Origin: Cirrosporium novae-zelandiae
Lineage: Eukaryota
Reading direction: 5' to 3'
Length of the DNA: 64,000 bases
NCBI GenBank assembly: GCA_026023565.1
Contig: JAPETS010000056.1
Coordinates: 62,001-126,000 of the forward strand
The position numbers were made by a program, and so were the translations under genes. How positions within the stretch are numbered: the stretch's first letter is position 1; each line of letters begins with the position of its first letter. This document shows positions 1 to 12,981 of this stretch, one piece after another. Below the pieces are notes generated by a model. It was not told the DNA's origin, made no database searches, and saw only the letters and a program-made list of their open reading frames with translations.

Positions 1-627
1 AACATCGCTCGCATGGCCGGCACAATCGCCCTCCGACGGCACGCAGCACGGATCGCAAACCCCTCTTCCTCGCACCATCCCTCCACCTCCCTCCCCACAG
101 TAACAATCACGCACAAATCCAACGTGCTCTCCCAAACCGACGGCCTCTTCCGCAGCACAGCGCGCGAGATCCTCACCACGTCCCCCTTCACGTCCAAAAC
201 CCTCACCCTCGACGACCAGATCGTCGACAGCATGGTCTACAAGCTCTTCCGCCAACCGTCCTTCTACGACGTCATCGTGGCCCCGAATCTGTACGGTGAT
301 ATCCTCTCCGATGGTGCCGCCGCGCTCGTGGGCTCCCTGGGTTTAATCCCCTCCGCGAATGTCGGCGATGAGTTTGTCCTTGGGGAACCGTGTCATGGGT
401 CGGCGCCTGACATTGAGGGAAAAGGGATCGCGAATCCGATCGCGGCGGTTAGGAGTGCAGGCATGATGTTAGAGTTTATGGGGGGGGTGGATGGCGCCAG
501 GGCTGCGGCTGCTATTGAGGATGCGGTTGTGGGTCATTTGAGGGAGGGGAAGGTGGCGACGCCTGATATGGGGGGCAGGAATTCTATGGAGGAGGTTTTG
601 GGGGATGTTATGAAGAGGTTGGCTTAG
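1..627 (+). CDS. LYS12: Homoisocitrate dehydrogenase, 3' part (5' end outside window)
   Basis: Motifs [37 protein letters not shown] and [10 protein letters not shown] of beta-decarboxylating dehydrogenases, matching fungal HICDH; stop TAG at 625-627. Confidence 0.88.
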   Translation, partial: NIARMAGTIALRRHAARIANPSSSHHPSTSLPTVTITHKSNVLSQTDGLFRSTAREILTTSPFTSKTLTLDDQIVDSMVYKLFRQPSFYDVIVAPNLYGDILSDGAAALVGSLGLIPSANVGDEFVLGEPCHGSAPDIEGKGIANPIAAVRSAGMMLEFMGGVDGARAAAAIEDAVVGHLREGKVATPDMGGRNSMEEVLGDVMKRLA

Positions 628-716
628 AAGTTAGGGAAAGGGGAGAGGGGGGGTGAAATGTGAAATGTATATGTATATGTGTGTGGGAATCAGATCAGAC
701 ATATGGACATATGGGG

Positions 717-750
717 AACAACAACAACAACCACAACAACAACAATAACA
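717..750. repeat. Imperfect (CAA)n microsatellite
   Basis: aacaacaacaacaaccacaacaacaacaataaca in the LYS12-PRP28 intergenic region. Confidence 0.8.
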
Positions 751-1185
751 AAAAAGGGGAAATAAAATAAAAGGGGATTAAATAAAAAACCGAAGGTACG
801 GAATTACAGACTCTCTCTCGCTTGCTGTTTAGGTTTTTTATATATAAAGTTGCAAGCGCATATCTATCCCTCCTTTCAAACAGTACAGTACAGTACGGGT
901 ATCAGTTCCCAGTTCCACGAAGTTCGTTTAGACTATAGTATTAGGAATGAACTAACGGTGTGTAGACCATGCCTGTTTATTTATGGTAGTTATGTTATTA
1001 TGTTCACCTAATTCTCATAATGAATAAATGAATGTACATGTACAGCTGAACTGAAAGCTCTGTGAGGCTAGCTATGGTAAGGCGTTTTATTCATACTTCG
1101 CCTCTCATCCCAACATGTCCCGACCCATCGCATGATTTATCTGATCCGCAGGACAAAAAAGAAAAAAGAAAGTTATAAACTATCA

Positions 1186-3766
1186 CTACCACCCCCCTTT
1201 CCCCCCGAACCCGCTCGACTCTTCAATCTTCTTCTGCCCACCACCCTTCTGCGGTTTCTGCTGCGCCGCTTCATGTTTCCTTAACTCTTCAGGAACTCTA
1301 GAAATGGACGACTTCATTAACATCTGCTTAAGATCGTACATGACGTCCACGTCTTCATTGCCCAAAAATGTAATAGCGACACCGCTTTTGCCCGCACGAC
1401 CTGTACGACCGATTCGGTGGGTGTAGCTTTCGATGTTGGTTGCCATGTTGAAGTTGACGACGAGACTGACATCCTGGACGTCGATACCACGGCCGGCGAG
1501 ATCGGTGGCGACAAGTACGTCGACAGTGCCGTTTCGGACGGATGCCAGGGCCGCCTCTCGCTGTTCCTGGGTCTTGCTTCCGTGCAGCGTGACTGAGTCG
1601 AAGCCCATGCGTTTGATTTCGCGAGCGATGGCGTCGCAGTTGCGTTTGATGTTGACGAAGACGATGATGGGCGGGTGGAATTCTTTTGATGAGAGGATTT
1701 CTTGTAGCCGCTTTTTGCGTTTGTCTTCTCCTGATACTAATTCTACCCGCTGCTCGACGGTTTCAACTGCTTCGCCTATGTTGCCGATGGTGACGATGGC
1801 GGGCCGTCGGAGGTATTTTCGTGCTATTCGTTCGACAGCCGCTGGCATAGTGGCTGTGTACATCATTGTTTGGCGGTAGCGGTCTTTGCCACCTAGAGGC
1901 TGGCTCATGGCTTTCCAGTCTTCTGCTTCCTCTGTGTCCGGTTTCTCATTGGCGACGGGGAGAGCATCGAGGATCTTGTTGACGGGTTCCTCGAAACCTA
2001 AATCGATCATCCTGTCGGCTTCGTCCATGATCACGTAGCAACACTGGGCAAGCACGAGCACACGTCTCTCGATACAGTCGACCAGTCTACCGGGTGTTGC
2101 AATGACAATTTCAGCACCATCTCGTAGAGCATAGGACTGCTCTTCAAGAGAGTGACCACCGACAATACTAACACAGGTGAAGCCTAGGGGAGTAGCGAAT
2201 TTCTTCGCTTCAATTTCGATTTGCTGTGCCAGTTCACGAGTTGGCGCAAGGATGATAGCATATGGGCCATCGTTCTTAGTAATCTCATTCAGCGCAGGTA
2301 GTTCGGAGATGTAAACTAGTAGTGGAAGCAAGAAAGCTGCAGTTTTACCCGAACCTGTGACAGCAACACCAATCAGATCCCTCGATTGCAAGGAAATGGG
2401 AATGGCAGCTCGTTGAACGGCAGAAGGTTCTGCATAGCCAACTTGTTCTACAACATCCAGTAGACGTTTCGGTAAGCCAGACTCTTTCCAAGAGCGCATG
2501 GGATTTGGAATCCCGCCACCTTTGGTACTGATATTGAAATCTTCTTTGAAGATTCGCCAATCTCTCTCCCGCATTTGGTCCAGTCTCTTTTCGCTCCAAT
2601 GCTTATCGATGGCCATACGACCACCTTCTTCCTTCCGTCTTCTTTCCATCTCCATCATTTCTCTAGCTCGTGCGTCTCCAGCTTCGTGGTCTCTTTCTTC
2701 TAATGCCCTGGCATATCTTCTCGCTGCAGCTTCGGCAAAGTCGTCAGAAAAACCAGCCAGACGTCCACGGCCAAAAAAGTTGGGCTCGGCACGCTGCTGG
2801 TATATGGGATTATAATCCGGACTTGTATCTTCCTCGGCGTTCCATTCGAAATTAAATTTCTTGTCAGTAGTCCTTCTTCGCTTCTTCTTGGCAGAGAAAT
2901 TAGATGTATTCTGATCTGCACCCATATATCGCTGTTTGATCAAAGCAGCTTGGGCTTCTTCTGCGATTGGTCGTTTATCACCGGCTTTTGAACTCGATAT
3001 GCCAAAAGATACAGTTTTCGGGGGTGGAGGTGCTATATCATGACCCTTGTTTGGCTCTTTCGATCTCATCGCCGCAGGGCCTGTAGGTATTTCTCCATGT
3101 CGCAAAGCTCTCGGCCCTGTTGGAATGGAAGGGCGCGCATCGCCGTTCGGACCATTCGCATGGTGGTTGTTTGAAGAATTGTGCTGGTTATTTGAGTAAG
3201 AAGTACGATTGATACCTTGGTGCTGGTTCCTGATAATTTCTCGCTGAGGTTTGGTCTTCTCCTGTTGCTCGATTTTAATCCTCTTTTCTTGCTCGACTTC
3301 CTTGGCTCGTTTTTCTAGCGCGAGTTTCTCTCGTTGGGCTTTGGAAAGGAATTTTGGCTGAGGGTAGTTAAAGTAGTCAGTATCCATCGAAGAGAAACTA
3401 GAAGAATATCTAACGTAAACACGCGATTATCTTAGATGTCGGTGGTGGATAGCTTACCTTGGCAGCTGCTTCATCGGCTTCCCTTTTCTTTCTTAAGAGC
3501 TCCTCTACGCTCAAAGGCGCACGAGTTGGCTTGTCGCCCCATCCCTTCTTCTTCTTTTTCTTGATTTCGGGAGGAGGAGCAGGAGGCTCTTGTTCCGGAG
3601 GAGGCGGAGGAGCTAGAGATTCTGGTGGAGGTGGGGGAGCAGTTGAGTCCGGAGGTGGAGGAGGGGCGAGAAAGTCCGGTGGAGGTGGTGGTGGAGATGA
3701 AGGTCTCCCAATAGGTGGCGCTGGAACATCAAGAGGACGTACACCGTTACTGAGAGTTTGGTTCAT
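1186..3766 (-). CDS. PRP28: Pre-mRNA splicing DEAD-box helicase Prp28; two exons (Pro-rich exon 1 about 3766-3459, intron, then the long exon)
   Basis: Motifs AVTGSGKT, PTRELA, DEAD, HRIGRTGRAG, plus Prp28-typical KFLSKAQREKLAL and KHWSEK..MRERDWRIFKEDF; donor GTAAGC after ...EAAAK, acceptor ...ctcag before PKFLSK. Confidence 0.95.
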
Positions 3767-4188
3767 TTTGATATAGTTACCGATTTCACGATGAAGCTTG
3801 GTTACTAGAGCTTAGATGGTGTTTGTTTGGACATATAATTCGGTGAGCATAATGAGCCAATAACGCAGTATTCCCTAAGACATGATATTGTCGGCCTAAG
3901 GCATCAATAATTCCTTATCCCTTTCACCTTACTGCCACTAATTACTCCAACTACACCCATCTCTGTAAAGCATTTAGATATATTTATCAATCTTGAATTT
4001 GAGAGAAAGTAATTACATGGATAACTATCATCGTTAGGAGATGAGCAATGTTTCAACCATATTTTCCTTTCACTTTCCTTTACTAATCATGCAGATTTCG
4101 AACTATGGTTCGTTTGATATAACGGCTCCTAATGTGCTCCTGGTTTCCGCGAGCTCTCAGATGATACCCCTTCCCAAATCCTATTCCC

Positions 4189-7100
4189 TCAACATCCCAC
4201 CCATTCTTCATCATCAACCTCCCCACATTGAATCAACCGTCGAAACGGCCCCTCTGATCTTATTAATTTTTCATACGCACCCATCTGGATACACCTCCCC
4301 CGTTCCACAACAACAATATTCTCCGCCACACTCATCATTTCCCGAGAGTGCGTGATTATAATAACTGTTAACCTTGATCTCTTTCCATTAGCACCACTGG
4401 TCAATCCCTTAACACTGTTTCGGATCAAGGCAGCGGATTCAACATCCAAACTACTCGTTGCCTCATCTAAGATCAATATTTGGGGGCGCCGAACAATTGC
4501 CCTTGCAATCCCGAGCCGTTGAATTTGTCCACCTGAAAGTCCAAGACTCCCATCCCCGACACTTGTGGAGTAACCCCGTGGCAAACTGCAGATGAACTCG
4601 TCAATACCAGCTGCAACAGCCGCCGCGCGGATATTTGCAGATGTTGCAAGTGGAGAGGAAGATGGAAGACCGTAGGCGATGTTTTCGGATATGGTAGCTG
4701 GAAAGAGAGGGGTTTGTTGAGGGACGATGGCAATGAGGGAGCGGAGAGTTTGCGTGTGTAGGGTGTGAATAGGACGGCTAGAGAATGTCAGACCCAAGGG
4801 GTTGTCGTTTGAGATGGGGTACATGTCCAGGAGGAGGGAGGCGAGTGTAGATTTTCCGGAGCCAGAGGCCCCTACAATGGCTGTACAGGTATGCGGTGGG
4901 ATAGTGAGAGTGAAATTGGAGAGGGCCGGAATTCCGGGCCGGGAGGGGTACGTAAAGGTGAGATTACGGAACGAGATTTCCCCTGGAGTGGATATTTTTA
5001 TGGTGCCAGATGTTTCGTGGGAAGCATGTAGGCTGAGGTTCGCAAGACGGAGAAGTCTTGTTGCAGTATCTTGTGAGATGCTGATTTGGGGGACGAAGGC
5101 AATCATACCTTGGGCGCCACTAATGCTAAAGAGAAGGAGTGAGACGACGGTCATGACGGATTGGACAGACATTTCGTTGGAGGTGACGAGGATTGCGGCG
5201 TAGTAAAAGGTGAGAGCAATTACGAACATCATGCCCGAGTTGGCAAAACCGTAGAAGAAGCCGGAGTATGCAGATCTCTTTAAACCTACCTTGAGGGCTT
5301 CTTCTGTTGCGATGGTGTATTTTTTGTGAAAGTATGACTCAAGAGTTAATGCTCGCACGGTGCGAATATTGACAAATGTCTCTGTGAATATGGCCCCTGC
5401 AGTATCACCCGCATCGTTGCTTCTGCCTTCCCACTTCCCACTGACTACCGTGAACGCAGTCAGGATAGCATAGATGAATGGGGTGCTGGCTAGCCCAACC
5501 AAAGTAAGTTTCCAAGAGACTGTCAAACTCCAGACAATCGCTATGACAACCATAGCTGCAGCAACAAAAATATATCCGGCAAAACGACCGACTAGATCTC
5601 GCATCTCTTCTCCATCCTGATCAAGACACCCGATTAACCGAGACAAGATGTTCTTGTCTAGTTCGAACCAGGACCGTGGCTGGGCTAGCATTCTTTTTAC
5701 GGCTTCTGATCGTAATTGATCGACCCAGACCTGACCACAGTATTCAAGGAGATGGCGCCATAGATAAGAACATATGCCATCGAAAATTGCAACGCCGAGG
5801 ATACATAGGGACCAAACTAAGGCTTGGTTTGAGTCTCCCGAGAAGAAAGTTGCTAATAGTCTGGAGAAGATCCAGGAGAAAAATGGTGTTGCAGCTGCAT
5901 GCAGAAAGGCGAAGAGAAAACCTAGAACGAGAAGGATGCGGCTCCTTGCGGGAAGAGTTGGCCACACAGTAGCAAGAATTTTTCTAATTGGGAGAATGCG
6001 CAGAGCCTTTTCCTCTCTAGTAAGCTTTCGCTTTCTCCGAGACGGTATCTTGAAACTGCGAGGGCTAGGCAGCCGGACACTTGGAGAGATTGAAATATTA
6101 GAAGCTCTTTTAGCGCGCTGTGTCGATGTTGACCCAACTTCGAATGGAGAATTGAACGATGGCTGCTTATCTTTGAAATTGGTCTCTAAATACCCCAATT
6201 CTGAAACGGCTGATAATGAAATAGATTTCTTCCGAGGATGGCTCACTGCAGCGCTGGAGGGACGTCGAAGCTCATCAACACGCACAGAATGAAGGGACAT
6301 GCGATTGAAAGAAGGTTCCAGTGGCGAAAAGGGTGTTTGAAGAATCGAAGAGGGTCTTCTAATCCATGAAACTCTCATTGAATCAGGTACGTAGGAAGCT
6401 CTTTGGAAAACCGCCTCAGGGATACGAAGATTCCTCGGAGCTATTTGAATGTCCATTGAATCATCCGATATGTGTGAATTTCTCTGATCAGTCATTGTCT
6501 CCAAGGAGGATTCGCACGGTTCAAGGGTCTTCTCAATGTCTTGGTTATCCCCCGTATACGATGACTTAACTTCAGGATTTAGAAAAGTCGATGTAAAAGG
6601 GCCATCTCTGACTTTTTCGAGGGTATGTCGAAATCCTTCCTGAACCACTTTGCCATTTTGGATAACATAGGTAAAGTCATTTTCACGAATTTGAGAAATA
6701 TCATGTGTAATGATGATTGTGGTTTTTCCACGTCTCCACGCACGAATAGCTTCCATGACCTTTGTTCGGCTTATGTGGTCCAAGGCACTCGTAGATTCAT
6801 CTAAGATCAGAATAGGAGTGTCACGAAGTCTCGCTCTCGCAATTGCAACTCTTTGTCTCTGTCCACCACTCATAGCACTTCCACCGGTGCCTACGACGGT
6901 ATCAAGACCATCTGGTAACTCATTGATCGTCTCTTGAAGCATTGCAAGTTGGACGCATGCCTTCATATCCCCCATTCTTACCTTGGTATAATCCTTCCTT
7001 CCAAAAGCAATGTTCTTAAATATGGACTCATTGAAGAGTATACTTGATTGTTGGATCAAGGTGATATTATTGCGAAGCCAATTGATATCAATTGTTTGGA

Positions 7101-8576
7101 TTGGGTTACCATCGATAAGAATCTCGCCAACAGTAGGTGGATAGAAGCGCATCAGAAGATTACCCAAGGTACTCTTCCCCGAACCGCTTTTTCCAATTAC
7201 AAATGTAGTTTCTCCAGCAGGAAAGAAGAAATTGGCTTGTTCTAAGACATGGTGATCTAGTCGTGCAGGATATGCAAAGGAAATCTGTTTTGTTAGTATA
7301 TATTTTCTTACTTGCAGATTTAGTACTTACATTGCGAACCTCAATATCCCCATCACAATACAATGGCGCATGTTGTCCCGCCATTGTTACAACTCGCCGC
7401 CCTCGATCTATTTGTAGCAAAGTCGCTTTCAATGTTGCTCCAGCGGCTCTACCTTTCTCCAATACTATCAACTGAGGAAGCATCATCTCGATGGACTCAG
7501 TCGCCAGCAAACAAGCCCAAAAAGTTGTAAGGATTCTGCCAGCAGTGCTCTTTTCATTACGCACAAGGTATTCTCCATACCAGAATGCCTGCACAAATAG
7601 TGAAAGGGTCAGGAAACGGATGATGCCGATCTGTAAGGCATTGAATTTGGCTTGCTGGAGATAGTATCTTGCCGCCCTCTTGATAGATGTCGAATATTGC
7701 CTGCACTCGAACTCTTGCCCATTGAAGTACTTAACCGTATCAATGTTAGAAATAGCGTTGTTCGCGAGTTTCGATGCCTGACCGAGTGCCGCTGATTGAG
7801 CATAAATCTTAGGTTGTGTCCGTCTTGACAAGAATGCCAGAACTCCAGCGCCAATAGGAAGCGTAGATAATGTTACTAGAGTGACACTCCAAGATTCATA
7901 AAATGCCAAACCTAGTGAAGCTAACGCGGTCACTGTATACTGCACAGCAAGGCCAAGAGGGTGAGATGTAGAAATCTGGAGTTCTCGTATTTGTCTTGAA
8001 GATATTAGTAAGGTAAAGATTTAGTAAGTTGATTGGTACTTACGTGTTAAGACGAGGAATTAAAGCACTGACACCGTTCTTTCTCATGTCATACCATTCC
8101 AAATCCTTCAAAAGCATGCCGCCGAACAATTTATTTCTTGCATTTTTGGCTTGAAGTTCTCCAAATACGACCCATGAAACGAAGAACAAGCCTTTCAAGA
8201 TCCAGCTTGCAAAACCTAATCCGACGAGGGCAATGAGTCCCGAGGTTACCTGTTTCATTAGCTTCGTTGCAGTGATCCCACCACCGCCATAGGTGGTAAA
8301 TGAATTGAATAGTCGTCCCAAGAATACCGCCATTATTGGCATAGCTAACCCGGAAGCAAGAGAAAAGAAAACTGCAATGAGTAAAGATACCCCATGCCGA
8401 GGAGTCGTGAAATCGAACAATGAGCGCCATGTGGTTTTCAGGTCTTGCTGAACTCCTTGATCAAGCAGTTTGTCAGGGGTTTCTTCTAGATCTTGGTCCA
8501 TCTTCTTTGTTTTCCTTTGATTTAACTTGATAGATGAATCGTCGTTGTCGAGTTCAACTATTTTCATCATCCGCAT
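4189..8576 (-). CDS. STE6: Full-length ABCB transporter (TMD-NBD-TMD-NBD), a-factor pheromone exporter Ste6/Hst6-like; two introns; start codon uncertain (8576 or 8500)
   Basis: After splicing: Walker A GKSGSGKS and GASGSGKS, signatures MSGGQRQR and LSGGQIQR, Walker B ILILDE twice, and a long Ser/Arg-rich linker typical of filamentous-fungal Ste6 homologues. Confidence 0.8.
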
Positions 8577-9168
8577 CCTGATATGAATAGTAAATGTAAT
8601 GGTATTTGAGTAGAGCCTTTGGGCAAATCCTGCAAAAGAAGGTTAAGTGATTCATTGTGGGAATAATATAACGACGTAAAAGACGTTAGAACAAAGAAAA
8701 TATTATAGACTGATCAAAATATGTATAATAGATAGTGTGGTGTTTTGTTAAGGCATTGTTTGATGGGGAAATGCTTAGTATTGTTCTCTTGGGAAGGAAT
8801 GTGACCCCTAGCTTCTAGAAACAGGACACTAACGCCACCATCAATTCACTATCCTAGTTACGACGCCAATGACGCTTAGATTTCTCTCTTAATTTTGGCA
8901 TACGACGTTCTCTTATCCTGTGAATCTTCATGTCGGAAGCTAGAGTCTAGATTTTCTAAAGTTGCCACCGCGCTATTGCGATATTTGGGGACTCTGACCG
9001 TTTTGTTTGTGATAAAATTTCAGATTCCTCCACGCCCCAGTGAGTTGGAGTTACCAATGTCTCGATAATAAAAATCAGAGAGGGTATATTGCTTTACCAT
9101 CGAACTTGATGGAAATGGACCTTTTCAACATATATTTATCCGGGTTTTCTGTTTTGTACCCATGAAGT

Positions 9169-9879
9169 TCATGATGATTCTTTCTTTGCTTCTTCTGGAT
9201 GCTCTTTTTCGTAGATCCAATCATTTAGGCCCAATTTATTCCTATAATTCATCAGATATGTTTAACTGGATAAGGCTTGCCGAGAAGAGTTACCTGGCAA
9301 TTTCAATAGCATAGAACTGCATCCTCATTGCTATGCGATCAACTAGTCAGCAAACCATGTCTAAAGTTATATGATGTTTATATAAGAGAGAGTAAGTACC
9401 AAATATCGTATCCTTCTCCGTGTATTCAACATCAGGACGACTCCTAAGCATGGTTCCGAAGTTATAATCATCAATATTCTTTTCATATGCTGTCATAAAG
9501 TTGCGCCAGCGTTCCTTTCCCTCTTTGCTCTTCATTTTGTCCTCATCAATAGGCTCCTTGGGGTCTAACTCTGGGAAGTCTTTCTTGAGATGTTCATAGA
9601 TTTCATCATCCATTCTAGTTAATCTAAGATATGAGCCTCGCATCTTCTCTAGGATGGACCAGTAAGTGGACATGTGTTGAACGGCTGGCGCATAAATGTC
9701 AGCATAGCCGACCAATTTTGAAAGAAGTTGGAATGTCAACCTTTGACTGCAAATTGTTTCTCCATCTATTACCATGTATCAGTAAAGATTCTCAACTGAG
9801 GGAACACAGAACCATGTACATCTTCAAAATTTTCCACATGCTCAGGATCAATATTGGCACCTGCGATTTGAAGAGACAT
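9169..9879 (-). CDS. Polysaccharide biosynthesis domain protein (PBDC1 / yeast YPL225W-like), five exons
   Basis: Spliced product MSLQIAGANIDPEHVENFED|MEKQFAVK|AVQHMSTYWSILEK...LRLTRMDDEIYEH...GKERWRNFM...DYNFGTMLR...RMQFYAIEIA|RNKLGLNDWIY...ESS*. Confidence 0.85.
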
Positions 9880-10394
9880 GTTTGCGGATGTTGAATACTC
9901 TAAGCTAGAAATAAAAACTGATATATTTGCAATATAAGGTGTAGTAGATAATAGAATTGTTAGCCAGGGAAAGGTGGTCCGAAAGAGAAGAAAAGTGGTC
10001 TTGGCGCTTTCATGGTGGGGGAGAATATCACCATGATTACCCCGCTACGCTCGCCCAAAGACGTACGAAAGTATAAATTACAAACAAGATCGAAAAACCG
10101 CCAGGCTGGAGAAGAATAATCCCTAATCGACATTCTTGGCCCAGGTTCTCAGGAAATGCACTTGGGGGAATTATTGGCCCGGGACCTTTATTCCTTACGT
10201 TGTGGCCAAATACGTAAACCCTGTGGAAACCAAAGTCCATTTAGCCAGCCCACCTTCTATCCGGAACTCCATATATTAATCAATACAACCTATTAATAAC
10301 TGCTGACAGTACCCAAGTCCGAAGATGTATGACCAACACCTGCCAGTATGTGAACCTTGCCATGGCGATACCCTCTTACCCAACAACCATCTCT

Positions 10395-12340
10395 TTATCC
10401 CATACTTCCGCCACTCCTTCCACCCCCAATTATCCCAGCTAGCTCTAGTAATGCTTTATCAGCCTCTACATCCCCTGTACTATTGATACCTCTTCGTCTT
10501 GCGGCTTCACGTTCTTCCCATTTCGTATCTCTGTGCATCCGAACCTCCTCCTCTTCGCCCCCAATGCCCCAAACTTCAAAGCTATCTATCTCAAATCGTT
10601 CTTGCCAATCACCTCTTCTTGCTCTGACGGGAGAGCTTGAAGGTCGAAAGGAAGAAGTCGGAGAGGAAGACGCATCATGAGTAAAGACAGCGAAATCAAG
10701 AGCGGGATCTACATGTAGGGATACGGGACCAAGGAGAGGTTGTGGGTGTGTATTTGAAGGAGAAGTTTTAGGAACAGCGCAACCGAATGAAAGACCCAAT
10801 ATTGTAGAGAAGGTAGCTGTAGAAAGATGGGTTGATATGGAGGAAGGGAATATATCGTGGTAAGGGGAGAGTTGGAAGAGAAGAGCGTCAGAATCCACTA
10901 GAGGTGTCTTAGGAGTTGCCTTCCACGACGTTGTGAGGTAGGCCCCGAATATAACGTGGTTGGAATTTGCAGATGGAGATGGGGATAACCGAGAGTGTGG
11001 AAGAGAATCGGCGAAAGTGCGTTCACGGGGGGTCGTTGGGTTTGCGGGAAGGCGAGTCCCTGAGACCAGGAGTAAGGTGGGCGCTTTCCAATGGAATAAT
11101 TTTTGGGAGAGAGAGTTTAGAGAGAAGCCCGATTTTGAGGCAGAGTAAAGTGGCCGTAGTCGGTTGAAGACGATGTCGGATGGAAAGAAAAAGGAAAGTT
11201 GAGAAAGGGTTGGTGGATCGAGAATGTCGGAGTCCAGTGGAGGAATAGAGGGTGAAGGAGGCGGTAGAGGAGAGGGAGGCGGATTACTAGAAGCTGTCGA
11301 TGTTGCACGATGGCGCGAAAGATCAATATTCTTACTGAAAAGGAAGTGTTCAAATAAAGGGCTTAAGCCATTGAACAGATATGGAAGACTTGTTGGAATA
11401 AGAGCATTAAATGCGCGGTAGTTGATTCCGGCTGTTTGTTCAATGTTGAAGGACCATATAATGCTGTCTGCTACTTTTCGAAGACTCGCCATACGTTCAT
11501 CTGTAAGGCCTTCAGCCAATTTCGCCAAGTTTTCCTGTGGCCCCAAAGGAGCTATGACTAGCAGCATCATGAGAAGCCGCCGAAAATTGTCTGCAGGTAT
11601 CTGGGCATGATGAATTTTGGTATCTGCACGATGATCATGCTTGAACACTTCAATTGCATCAAGGGATTCGAGGGCAGAGAGTGCTAACTCGTCATCGTCT
11701 TCATCCTCTTCATCATCGTTGGCTGGTTCATCAATTGTAAATCCAGCGACATGACTTCTTATTTCTTCCACGGCACCCTCGGCTGAACCAGCATCATTAA
11801 CTTCCGGTTGACCTTTCTCTTCTCCCTTATCTAATTCTGGTAGCTTCTCTGTAGTTGAAATACTTGAGTGACGATCATATACAGCCAAACTCCTAAACAA
11901 TAGTTTATTCCGATCACTTTTCCCTCTCTTTAATACTTTCTCATATCTTTCAGTCATAATCACCACAACCTTTATTAATGCTTCGAAAGTAAGGATGCTT
12001 GGTGCGAGGCTGGGGAATGGAAAGGCGCCCAGATATGTTGTCATCTGATAAATAACAGGACCAGGTCCCAAGGCATCAGGTATGACCAGGAACCTATACA
12101 ACGTATCCTCCTTCCAGTAACGAATGCCATTTTGTTCATCAGCCAGGGATCGAAAATTATCTCGAAAGTGTGTTAGCTCGAGGGGAGTAAAGCATCGATG
12201 CTACGTCAACGTTGATCAGTGATTGGCGTCTGATTTTAATTCAAGGAGATGCGGACTGCAAAACGTGATGATAGCTCATAGCTTAACTCTTCTGTAGATA
12301 CGGTACGAGAGGCATCCTCTCCTGATATTGTTTGACCCAT
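10395..12340 (-). CDS. RTC5: TLDc-domain protein Rtc5; one intron near the 5' end; N-terminus MGQTIS
   Basis: ATG at 12340; intron gtccgc...cgtag joins LSSRFA|HRCFTPLEL; C-terminal TLDc-like motifs LYSASKSGFS, WKAPTLLLVSG, FGAY, FEVWGIGG; ends ADKALLELAGIIG. Confidence 0.85.
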
Positions 12341-12854
12341 TATAACTGGTGCACGGGAAGCTCTTCGGGGACTTAAAACGTAGTCTGAGACATTTTTGCT
12401 TAAAGATAGGATAAATGTTCAAACTGATCAACAATTAAGGTCAGTAAGTTGAGCTTTCTGTAGTTCTAATTATAGAATTTACAAGTGAGATGAAGAGAAG
12501 TTGGGGAAGTAAGCTGGGTAGTGAGGAATAGATAGGGCTGAATGCTATGGGAGCTGGGGGAGCCGGAGGAGCCGGGGGTGCCTAGGACCGATCGCCGGTG
12601 GGGTACAATACAAGAGCTCCTGGGTTCCTGAAAGCCTCGGTTTTACACTGGGGGTATGTGATATGTATGATAGTAAAATATCTGATACAAAACGTACCTA
12701 GGCATGTGCTAGGTAAATCTTAGTTACGCTTATTACAGCGTCAGTGAGCTACGTGTGAGTGTATAGTCTACCGGCTTTCTATCGGTAACCTAGATGATTA
12801 TACTCTAGATACTTTCTCTCTATCCATTGTACTTACTAATAGTAGCTACTTAGG

Positions 12855-12872
12855 TACCTACCTAGGTAGGTA
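12855..12872. promoter_or_regulatory. Perfect 18-bp palindrome TACCTACCTAGGTAGGTA in the RTC5/NMT1 divergent intergenic region
   Basis: Self-complementary sequence seen directly; a regulatory role is only inferred. Confidence 0.4.
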
Positions 12873-12981
12873 ATCTAAATACAAGCGCAAATACCCGCTG
12901 CCACCTAACCTTCACCCGATATCGATAAACCTTTTCATTCTTTCAACCCCGCCCAACAATACAATCCTGACAACATTCAAC

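Noticed and set aside
8577..9168. a-factor pheromone precursor next to the STE6-like exporter
   Set aside because: The short ORFs I translated in this gap do not end in a CaaX motif.
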